In this document: one piece after another, positions 12,222 through 31,011 of the stretch
Numbering within the stretch: the first letter of the stretch is position 1
Layout: every line of letters starts with the position of its first letter
Source of the DNA: Heteronotia binoei
Taxonomy: Eukaryota
Reading direction: 5' to 3'
Length of the DNA stretch: 64,000 nt
Assembly (NCBI RefSeq): GCF_032191835.1
Contig: NC_083237.1
Coordinates: forward strand, 23,560,001 to 23,624,000
Notes under the pieces: generated by a model
What the model was told of the DNA's origin: nothing
Database searches by the model: none
What the model saw: the letters and a program-made list of their open reading frames with translations, nothing else
Made by a program: the position numbers and the translations under genes

Positions 12222-15200
12222 GTGCATTTGGTGTAACCCTTGAACTTTTTTATTTCCCCTGAGGAGGTCACAATGCCTGAACTCTGACCCACACCTGTGA
12301 GCTTCTGGCCATCTTGAAACCCATACTTCCTGACACAAAACCCTTGAATTTCGACCTTCCCTCGTGGATGTTACAGAGCATTGGTTCATTGACGCTCAGC
12401 TGCTGGGATACTGAGAGCTTCTACCACAAACTCCTTCTAAAGATGGCTCCTTGACTCACTCACTGTTCTTACATGCTGTGATAGTTGACCTTTCAAACAT
12501 TGACCTTTTATAGATTATGTCATAGTTGTTCGCTAGGAACTCTGACCCTTTCGGCCTTGTGATTTGAAACTTGGTTATGTGCCCTTGAATCTCGCAGTTC
12601 GAAATCCTATGACCTGCCCCCATAAGCTCTGAGCCCTTACTGCTGCTCCTTTGGGCTTTGGTTGTTGACCTCTTTTACTTCTTTGTGTAATTTTGTTTTT
12701 GTTGTCATTGTTGTCTTTGCTCGCATGGGGCAGGGAGAGTGCTTGGCTTTGTGGAGGACGGGAATCCCCCCCACTTGTTTGTTCCAAACTGCCTTGTTAA
12801 TTAAAAGTTTCCTGCTAAGCTATTCTGTGCCGTTATTTACTCATTCTGGGGAAAGGGGGCAACGGGTGAATGTGGGAGAAGAGGGGTAGTGTTGCTATGG
12901 TAACCAGCATCATAATCCAGGCCTAGAGCGTCACCATGGTAAACTGGATCCAAGCCTGTTGCTGTAGGCAGCAGGAAGACTCAAAGCTGTTAGTACCAAG
13001 GCCTCTTTGGGGCTTCTTGGTTCCCACCTGTGGTTTCAATGGGGTTTCTGCATTTCGTTTTTCATCTTATATCAGCAGCAGCTATGGAATAGGTAATGGC
13101 ATAAGGTTGCCAACTCTGTTTAGGGAAATTCCTGGAAATTTGAGAGAAAATCCTAAGGAAGGCAGGGAGCTCTGCAGGATATAGATTCTGCCCTCCCAGT
13201 TTTCTTCAGAGATCAGTTGTAATTCTGAGAAATCTCCAGGAGCCACCTGAAGGATGGCAACTCTATTAGGGCAGCATATTACCGAGTATGCTGATTTTTT
13301 GAATATTCCTACCCAACTGTCCTCCTTTGGCTGGTAGAACCCCACCATTCTTACCTTGATATGTTGTTTAACAGGATTATTAGTATAATCAGAATTTCCG
13401 AGTTTCCAATATCATGCTGTTAGAATGATAGATTTGTATGGTACGGTAAAATTAGGTTTTGTTTGAATACAAGTGTGTTATAAATATGAGAAAGGCACAA
13501 GTGTGTATTATATAATTATAATGCTGGTTCAGCAAGTGGTGGCAATGCTTAACAACATCTGGACCCACATGGTGTTCACTCACTTTTCTTTCACCATCAG
13601 GGCCCCAGAATAAGGCAACCCACAGACAAGGTGGGGGTTTCTGTATACTTGTGGGAAGGAGTCACACAGAAAAATGTGACTTTCCAAATTGGAAAAAGCC
13701 CACACACCCTGTGACTTGATGAAAACAGAATATGCTGTAAAAGTGTGGTATGTTGAAGGTCGAGGGGTGGGGTAGAGAAGAAGGGATAGGGAAAGTGGCC
13801 TATTTAAGCATCTAAGCACTTAAGAGTGACCTGGAGGGGAAGATTTCAACAGCAGGGAAGTCGCCAAATAAATGTATTCCTGCTATCAATCCTTTTGAGC
13901 CCCCGTTGTGAGGTTATCAAAACAAATTATGTTTTCATGTGCAACAGTGAAATGTTGGCTTCCTCAAAATTCTGCCATATCAGACTCCACCCATATCCAA
14001 GAAAGCATGCTTGTCATGCCAGTGCTTGTTCACCCCAGGGGCACTAATTTTGCATAATATAAAACAAGAATACCTTTTTTTAAATCTGAAGAATCTTTGG
14101 AGGAGGTGCCCGCCCCATGTGGACAAGGAGTCTGTACAAAAATGGTTGGATTCTAAGCAGGGCTTTCTATGATCAGGAACACGGTTCCGGCTGGCTTGGC
14201 ATTAGGAGATGTGGCCTAATATGCAAATGAGTTCCTGCTGGGCTTTTTCTATAAAAAGGTTCTGATTCTAAGTCTTATAACAATCCACTTGGATTCTTAT
14301 TGATACAACCAGCCCCTTTCCTCTCCTCCCCTCCGGCAGGGAATGTATGTTAAATTTTTAATCTCTGTCGTTATTGTGATCTGGGTGAGAATGTGACTGA
14401 CATATTTATTCATCTCATTGTGGTGGATTAGCCTCAAGACCTACCCGCTCTCCCAAAACTCTCTCCAGCCCTTACATTTCAAGAATCTACTCTATGCTCT
14501 ATAACAGGGTGGCCAAACTGCAGCTCGGGAGCCAAGTGTGGCTTTTACACATATTGTGTGGTTCTCGAAGCCCCCACCGCCCTGTCATCTGGCTTGGAGA
14601 AGGCATTTCTCTCTTTAAATCACTACTCCAAGCCAGCCAGCAGCTTGGACAGTGCATTTAAAGTCAAAGTTGCTTTCTTTCTACCTCTCCCTCCCCATCT
14701 GCCTTCCATCCTTGAGGCTCTCAAACATCTGACATTTATTACATGATTCTTATGTTAAGCAAGTTTGGCCACCCCTGACTTCTATAAAAATCAGTCCCGC
14801 CCTCCAGTGACATCCCCCCACCCCCGACGTCTTACAACACAAAAAGCCTTTGAGAGCTGAGTTGTAGTTCCTCCTGGGGAACAGCAGGTGGCACTAGGAG
14901 ACTTGAGATTTCGGGGCAGAACCTGAAACCAGTTGGCCCCCCTTTTCAAGACCATTAATTTGAAGGCTCTTCAAGATGGAAGGGGGGGGGAAGTAATCTC
15001 ACCCGGCGTTCCTATTGGGTGGGAAATGGCAGGTTACGGGGGCATTATGCTGGCAGTCACAAAAGGTCGATCCACTGGATCTTCAGGCGAAGTTGGGCCT
15101 CAAAGCAGGGAAATGTTCTGGGGTTGCAACAGACAGAGCCGCCTTTAGGGTCGGGGAGTCCCACAACGCTCTCAGCCCGAGGCCCCGTGACCAGGCCTGT

Positions 15201-15249
15201 TCCTTGCACTGCAGGGAATGTCAGGGGCCTCGTGTTTCACATTCCCAGA

Positions 15250-15600
15250 CCCCGAGGCCCAAATTTAGCCTGCCGCGCAAAAGGCCAGGGGTCGGAGAGA
15301 AGGTTAGAGCGGCCCCCTCCCGCCCACCGGCCCGTTTTTATAGCCCCGCTCGCTGCCTTGGCTTCTGCCAGTCACCCAGCAGCCCTCCGGAGCCGCCGTG
15401 TCTGCCAGAGCCCCCCCGCCGCTACATCCACGGTACGCGGGAGCCGGAGAGGCAGATGCGGTCGGGGTGGGTTGGAGAGTCCCTTTTGGAGGACGGCCGC
15501 TCTGGTTTTAGAGGGGGGGCGGGATCCGCAGTTCAAGAGAGACGATTGGCAGAGCAGGAGAATCGGAGGGGTGGGGGCGCAGGAGAATTACCCTTTTGGG
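15250..15600 (+). promoter_or_regulatory. ALDOA: CpG-island promoter and non-coding first exon of ALDOA (exon ends 15432)
   Basis: GC box ccctcccgccc 15315-15325, TATA-like ttttata 15336-15342, GC-rich exon, donor cg|gtacgc at 15433. Confidence 0.6.
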
Positions 15601-18600
15601 TAGGGAAGCGGCTTGTCTGTGAAACGGGAGTGCATTTGGCCGAATTGTGCTTTTAATTTTTTGCAAGCTTATTAAAAAATAACTATGTTTCTGTGTCGGA
15701 ATGCTAGCGGAAACTGATGCTGGGGCCCAGAAATGGACCTTCTCTTTAAAAGCCTAACTCGCTGTGCTTTGACAGACTTGCAGTTTTAAAGGCTTTTAAA
15801 ATAAACACTGGTGTTCATTCCTCCCCGCCCCAGCTGTTTCTGCCCTTTGGTGAGGCCTAAAAGTCTTGTTTTTGGTGGCCTAAGAAGATTTCTGGGTGCC
15901 CCCGCCCTGGCTCCCCCCCCCCACCTCTCCGACACAGCTGTTTCCTCCACCTCCCTGTCATGACTTGCGAAAGTCTTGCGCGGTTGCTACTAGTGACTGG
16001 AGGAAATGCTGCTCTCCTGATCGGCTGGTATTTGGGGCAGAGGAGCAGAAAGCGGGTGGCTGTCTCAATTCTTCCTCTGTTGCTTGCCCAATCTGGCCTT
16101 GCTAAGTTTCGGTGTGCGCCAGCCACACCTGCCTATTTCTTGTCCCCTAAACTGGGGTTGTCAAAACGGTGACATGGCCTTGCCTAGACTTCTTCCCCCG
16201 CCTTTTATCTGCTGTGTGCAAGGCAGTTTTCCTAAGTGGAATGAGCTAACTAGAGCACCACCTTTTTTTACAGGAATGCTAGTTGCTTTTAAACTGAGTT
16301 GATTTTTGCCTCCTGCTTTGCATTCTGCAGTACAGATTTTTTTTTTTACACCTTCCACAATTTTTTTAAAAACACCACTAGGGAACACTTCTGAGATAGG
16401 ACTGCAAGCCTCTCTATGGGAAGGAGTGTGTCCTTTTTTTGTATACTAAGCATCAGCTCACTATGCATTACTGTTGGCTTTTTTTGGAGGGAGGCTACTC
16501 AAATTCTGCACATTTCACTGTGATGTGGTAGTTCAGTGCACACATAGGGGTATATTGGCTCCTTGCTTTGGCTGTTTTTTTCCATTGCCCTCCAGTTAAG
16601 GATGACCGTTTGTTTGGGGGAAGGGGATATTGTGTTTTTAACAATAGCGCACCATGTAGAAGCTTCCATAAAGCTTTTTCCTATTAGGGAGATGAAGTGG
16701 TGAAAAAAAGCTTCCCATTATGGGTCTCTGCTTGGCAGGTGGTTTTTAAGAGATGGAGGAGGAACCCTTCCAGGAAAACAAACTGGCAATCTGGACCCTG
16801 TCTGTTCTCCTCTGCCTTGTTAAATGGTGGGACTGGCAATTTTATCGGGAGAGGTGTGATATTTTAAGACTTTCTCAAAGCAGTGTGAGTTTTGCAGGAT
16901 TTTTTCTCCCCTTAGAGGTGAATGGGAAAAATAGTGTGATATAACAGAGATGATCACCCTCAGGAGACTAGGGTTGGTTCATAGACCCTGCAGAATAAGC
17001 ACCATCTCTCCTGTGCCAAGAGCTGAACACCCCACCCCACCCCCCCGCCTCTTCCTTTAACAAATGGACATGCAGAAACCCAAGAGGTAATGATCTCCCC
17101 GCCAGCGAAGTAATGGGAATAGATTGACCATTTAATAGTTGCATGACCGGTTGTCATTTAGAGCAGCAACGCTTAGGCGGGAAGAGGGTGGCTTTGTTTG
17201 ATGCAAGGGCTGGATGCCGGAAATGGAGGTTTAATTTAATTTATTTTTTCAATTTATATCCCGCCCTATCCCGCAAGCGAGCTCAGGGCGGCTTACAAAG
17301 GCTTGTGAATAACAGAAAAGTAGGGACACTCATCCGTGTTACGAACTGTAAATGAAAAAAAAAATCAGAGCAGACTGATAGGGTTGCGGGTCTCCAGGTG
17401 AGGTCTGGAGATCCTCTGGAGTTACAACTGATCTCCAGAGATCAGTTCTCCCTGGAGAAAATGGCTGCTGTGAAGGGCGAAGCCTACGATTTATGCCCAG
17501 CTGAGATCCCATTCAATCCCTAAATCTCCCGGAGTTGGCAACCCATCGATTTATACATGTCAAATACTCAAATACTTTTTGGGAAGGCTTTGGTGGACGG
17601 AGAAAGGGGGGGCAGCTTGTGAATGAAGAAGAGGAATGTGAAATGGATGCTGACCTTTCTCGCCTCTCAGGAGTTTTGGTTCTGGTCAAACAGCCCCCAA
17701 GTAACTCGACCTGCTTGTTTAAGGGGTTGGGGGGAGGGCAGCAGTGGTGAAAACTGCGGGCTTCCCTGGCGGCCCCCCGCGGGCCTGGCTACGTGCTTTC
17801 CTGCACACCGACCAGTGACTCAGCTGTTACCGTAATCAATCCAAGAGAAGCTCCGTTAGGATTTTGCGGGGTAGGGCTAGGAAGCTTTTGATTTGAGGGA
17901 CCACCAGGCAAAGATGGGACAGGTTTGGAATCCGACTGTCACCCTTCCTCACAGGTGGCTGGCCTGCCTCTGCCGTCATCAATCAAACCGTGGCTGGCCT
18001 TTCACTTCCCAGGCGTTAGGGTGTTATATAACCCAGCTTGCCTTGCTGCCAGGAAGGGGGAGGGGAGGGGGAGACAGTGTCCATTTGTTGTCTTCACACA
18101 AACACGCAGAGGCCATCTTTCCACCCCAGCACCTCCGGATAGGTGTCTCCCGATGCGTTCCGGCCCCAGTCTTTGCCTTGTATACATTAAATTCATCTTC
18201 CTTGGTTTTCTGCTTACAGTTTCTACTGCAGATTGCTGTCCATACTTTGCAATAAACATGCATTGAGAAAGCTGTGCGTGGAGAAGTATTCTCTTGCCGC
18301 TCTTTAACCGCCTTGATTGCAAAATAGAATAATTATTAAATGAGGGGGGGTGGAGGTGCAATCTGTCTGTTTTAAGTGGTTTCAAATTGTGCACTTTAAG
18401 TGTAGGGTGGTTAGTTCCACATGAAGGCAGATAGAATTTGCGCTTAATTTCTCACATGGGAAGGTCTAGTTCACTCCAGTCTTCTACCCCTCCCCCCAAC
18501 CCAACCCAGATGAGTGGAGAGACATCTGGTTTTTCAGGAGCCAGCAAAGGCATTCAGTGCATGCTCAGATGCACTGTTGGTGAGGACATAATGGGAGCAG

Positions 18601-20579
18601 AGCTGAGTGGAAACCAATTTGAGGCAAAAGCCCTGGCTGAAATCATTCTGGATAGAATCCAAAATAGTTCAGGTGGTTTGACTAGGCAGCCAACTACAGA
18701 GGCACTGTTGCCTCTAAGGGTATGTGTTTCTGTTCAGGATTCCCAGCCTTATCTCCTAGCTACCTGTGACCTTTTTTGCCCTGTGGCTTCACTGTTTACA
18801 GGTACAGGAAGAGTTTAAAGCACCCTCCCCTTCCCACCCAGATATGCAATGAATCCTGCCAGCAGGCAGCTCCTTTGCTAAATAACTGAGTAGGCCAGCT
18901 GCTTCAGCTGGTGCTCTTTATCAGCCAGCACTCTGATCTCTCAACATCTCTCCTTGGAGGCTGAAGTGCACTGATTTTAATGACACCTCTTTCCAGCCAA
19001 AAGGGCACAGTTTCTCCATCAGATATCTCAGACAACCTGTTTTCCTCGCCTTCCCCCTTCCCTCTCTGAAAATAAATTTTCCCTTTCCTCCATTGCACTA
19101 AGTTTCCCTTATCTGTCTGTGGGGTGCCCCCGCCCACCTGCCGGCCAGCCAGCCAATGCCACACCACTTATTTCTTGCGCACCATCCTCTCACTGTGTGC
19201 CTGGCTCTTTTTGCAGCTAAGCCCAACCCCCACCCCCACCCTACCCTCAGAATGGGGGATCCAGAAATAGCTTGGTGTCCTTCAGAAAAGGACAGAGAAG
19301 CTGGAGAAGGGGAGATTGGGTATCCCCTTGAAAGGTCAATTCTGCAACTGGAGAGGGTGTAAGGGAGAAAGACCCTTGGAGCCAGGAATCTGGCTTATTC
19401 CCTTCTTTCCCCAAGAGTGGGGAGGTGAGTTGTAGGTAGGGGTGCTGGGTCACAAAAAAATCCCTAAAGCAAGATTTTATATGGCCCTTCTTACCTCATA
19501 TTGCTTAACACAGAACTCTTCACTCTAATTGCTCTTCTGGTATCAGCTCTTTTTAAAAGAATTGTAAAAGGGTGCCTTTCACTATCTTTTAATTCCCTGC
19601 ATGTGTCCCCATAGAGATTCAAATCCATATTAATTATCGCACTGAAGGAATCCAGATTTTGTGGAGCAGGCTTGTGAATTCACATGGAGCTGTCTTATAT
19701 GGAGTCCGAATATTGGTCCAGCAGGGTCAATACTGTTTACTCAGAGTGGCAGTGGCTCTCCAGGGTCTCAGGCAGAAAAAGGTCCTTCATGTCTCTGATT
19801 GCCTGGTCCATTTTAACTAGAGATGCCAGGGATTAGAACCTGAGACTTTCTGCATGCAAAGCAGAACCTTTTCCACTGACCTACAGCTCCTTCCCAAATT
19901 GGGGTTGGTGGATATCAAGGTGGAGATCCTTGGGACAATGAGAGGAGGAGGATGGGGGGGGGGATGGGAAGCTCTGTGTGAAATTACAGTGGGGGAAGGG
20001 ACTACCCCCCCCCCTCTCGCCTTCTAGGATTCCATACACTGGGAAGGATGAAAGCAGCCTCACTTTCCTTCCACCTGCAACTGACTGTCCACATTCTCTG
20101 CCTCCTAGAGACTGCTCAGGCCTCACCAGAACGGTTTTAGCCAAGCAGGTCCTTTTTATTTTGGCTGACGTAGAAGTGCTATTTTTTTCGGCACCGGCCT
20201 ATGCAGAAATCACAGTCGTGGGTGGTTTGCTGTTCTCATTTTGGACACAGGGCCCAGCCACCTCATTATTATTGCAAGCCAGCCTTTATACCATGTTTAT
20301 GTTAACATGGCCGATTTTATTTCCCTTCTTGCTCCAGTATCTCCATCAGCGACATCTTTCTTCCGCCTCATCCTATCATTTATATACGTACCCACCCACA
20401 CCCACCCCCGCTCTCCACCCATTCCAATCTTTCACAGGCTCCTTCCCCTTAATTTTTAGCTAAGTCATGTTTGATCCTGTTGTGCAGTCCACTCCTGCAT
20501 ACTCCTGCAAGTCCTATGGAGTCCCACCTTGTTTAGACACCCCCCCCATGCATAATACTAAGTTTTGATTTGGTTACGC

Positions 20580-20942
20580 AGTCGCTGGCCAGGCCGCGTG
20601 AATCAAACCCCTTTATTTCCATATTGTGTGACTCAACGAAGAGGGAAAGAATTCCTTCAGTTCCTTATATTTAAATAAATACCTCCCGCTATTTGGAGGG
20701 GGGGGGGGGAGAAGGAGGACTCGGCCTCTTTAACTGCTCCCCGCCTCCTCCTCCTCTTGTGTGAGTCAATTTCACACCCTTTTCCGCCCGGCCGAGCTAC
20801 ATGACGTTCGATTTTGGAACGCTGGGCTCCTGAACGTTCCGCTGCGGCTCTTCACTCGCCTCGCGCGCATCCCAGAACTTGGTGGCTGTTGCCAGGAGGG
20901 GAACCAGGGCCGATATTTTCTCTCCCACCGCCCGCAACTAAG
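20580..20942 (+). promoter_or_regulatory. ALDOA: Proximal ALDOA promoter and non-coding first exon (ends 20942)
   Basis: CpG-rich; AP-1 sites TGACTCA 20629-20635 and TGAGTCA 20762-20768; strong donor aag|gtgaga at 20943. Confidence 0.6.
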
Positions 20943-21814
20943 GTGAGAAAGATGAGCTGTCCGGTCTTGCTCTGCAGCAGACGGGGAGGTTCTCGGAAAG
21001 CAACAAGGGAAAGCCTGTAGGTGGTTAAAATATTTTCCCCTCGTTTGTAAAAACTGCAGATATAATTGCTGTAGGAGGCAGAAGTAAAATGGGAGACGGT
21101 AAAATATAAGTGGGGGAAGGGAAGAGAAAGCCACGCCGGCGTGGGAGTGGAAGGGATGTGTGTGTGAGAGAGAAAGAGAAGCTAGCCACGTGGTGAAGTT
21201 AAACGTGCAATTGTTGCATGGGGTAGAGAGAAGATTCTACCAGGAAGGAAGACATTTTTATAGTTTCCCGTTAAAAACTGTCCTTTCGTCTTCCACATTT
21301 CCACTTTTCTGCCGAATCCTTGTTTCTCCTGTTCTCAAGAGACCCCAGGGCTGGGAGGGGGAGGAGAGAGCGTGGTGCATTGAAGGCGATTTTATTTACT
21401 TCGCCTGCCTGGGCACCAGGGGCCTTGGGGGCCGAGGGGAAAGCCCTCTGCCCTTGAAACGTCCTTGGCCTGATGTCTGTTCACCATACGCAGCAGCCTG
21501 TCCTGCCTGCAGTTTGGGTATCCCTCTCCTCCATTGAGCAACGATCTCTGCAGTACCAGGATGGCAAAACTGTTCAACCCAACTCTCCCCTTCCCCACCT
21601 CCGCTTTGCCAGCCCTCTGGACAGGAGTCAAGGTCATTGGCCTGGCACAGATGCCCATCCGGAGTGTCTACCGGGCACCGGAATGGGTAGATACAACCAT
21701 CCGACAAGGAACGAGGTCTCTCAAAGCCGCTAGGGGGCGCCATCGAGTACCGCCTTGCCAGGCTGTTCACCCTTCTCTTCTCTTCTCTTCTCTTCTATAG
21801 TATAGCCACTCACG

Positions 21815-29462
<7,648 letters not shown>

Positions 29463-30005
29463 AATCTGTGGCCTGGTTGCTTGTCTGCTCTCACTTCTGT
29501 TTGCTGCAATCGTGCCTGAGCTACTGTGGTGCCCCCCACTGTTTGTTCTTCATCGCTTCTCCCCACCTACACTCCACCCCCACTTTCCTTCCTGCCAGCT
29601 TCTCTAGTAGGGAATGCTGGAAGTCTTCCCATCCTTGGGCTTGGAAGAACACCCAGGTCTTGCTCGTTCCTTTCTCTAACTCTTCCCCTTCTTCCCACCC
29701 CCACCCCAATTTCTGTACGCCTGTTTGTGACTTCCAGCTTTTCCCTCTGGTGACCGACGACACTCCTGGTCCGTGGCCAAAAAATAACATCCCATTGTCT
29801 CCGGAGCTGGGACACCTGACTTCCGGACCGCTAGAAATAAACAATCTATTTAAACATTGCATGAGCCACTGTGGTTTGTCCTGCCAGGGAAGTGCAACAG
29901 GTATAAGGCCTGTTCCCTTCTGCTCTCCAAGGAGCTCTAGAAGTTGTTGGCTTAAGATTCTTCCATGCCATTACTCATTAAGAACGCAATCCACATAATA
30001 ATTTT

Positions 30006-30212
30006 CAAGGCTCTTTTGAGCAGGAACTCACAGGAACGCAGTTCCGGCTGGCTTGGTGTCAGGGGGTGTGGCCTAACATGCAAATGAGTCCCTGCTGGGC
30101 CTTTTCTACACAAAAAGCCCTGTGCAAAGCAATGGGATGTGCCTAATATTGTGGGATGTGGCCTAATATGTAAATGAATTCCTGCTGGGCTTTTTCTACA
30201 CAAAAAGCCCTG
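30006..30212. mobile_element. hAT-type MITE of the CAGGGCTTTTT family with an internally repeated unit
   Basis: Same family as 46194-46383 and 63317-63497; the ggcctaa(c/t)atg(c/t)aaatga..cctgctgggc unit occurs twice. Confidence 0.65.
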
Positions 30213-30881
30213 ATACCTTTTATTAAGACTAACCAAATGGTACATAAGTGTGTGAGCGTTTGAGTTCATTGGAACTTTTTATCAGGCTGAATGCTACCCA
30301 AAAAAGGTTTATAAAGATCCTCTGAGCAGAGGTGCCAGTGGCTGGGAGGTGTGCTCTACTGTCAAACCTTGTCCTCTTCCGTTTTCCTCCACTGCAGCCT
30401 CTGTTTGTTCAGCTGCAGAAGCAACCATGGAGAACTGGGCTGCTTAGTTTTTCCATGCTGTGGAAACGTATATTCTTGTTACCTACATGCAGGAATGTGT
30501 ATCCGATAGCGCATTGTATGCATGAGCTCCCTTGGATGGGACAGAAAGAAGTGGGTTGTTCTCAAGTCTTCACAGCTGTCTTTAAGTAGTGTTAGCAGTA
30601 ACCTTTGGATATAGGGGTGCAGAGGAAAGGCTTCCAGCTTAAGCCACACCTGTTTTATTAACATGACAAACCAACTACACCAAGAACCTCAATATTGTGA
30701 AGGATTCCCAAAGAGTAACAACCCTGTAAATGGGATACAGCAGGCCACTATTAGCTACAAGTGATGCCTTTTGTATGGACCAGCCCAAAAGCATGCAGTC
30801 CTCTAAGCTCTAAAAGATGACTTGGGCAACAGAGAAAGGATGATAATAAAGGCTGTCCCCTAATTGATGAACTCTTTAGTG

Positions 30882-31011
30882 CAGGGGTGGCCAACGGTAG
30901 CTCTCCAGATGTTTTTGCCTACAACTCCCATCAGCCCCAGCCATGCTGGCTGGGGCTGATGGGAGTTGTAGGCAAAAAAAAAATCTGGAGCGCTACCATT
31001 GGCCACCCCTG
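30882..31011. mobile_element. Palindromic hAT MITE (130 bp) with 8-bp TSD CTTTAGTG
   Basis: Near-perfect hairpin with CAGGGGTGGCCAA TIRs; exact TSD at 30874-30881 and 31012-31019. Confidence 0.9.

Noticed and set aside
15015-15656. Long + strand ORFs (213 aa and 194 aa) over the ALDOA CpG island
   Set aside because: GC-rich, stop-poor sequence with no recognisable domain; explained by the promoter and first exon.
12300-21800. Homologue of the mammalian ALDOA long N-terminal exon (recalled as MARRKPEGSSF...)
   Set aside because: No similar peptide seen in any listed + strand ORF.
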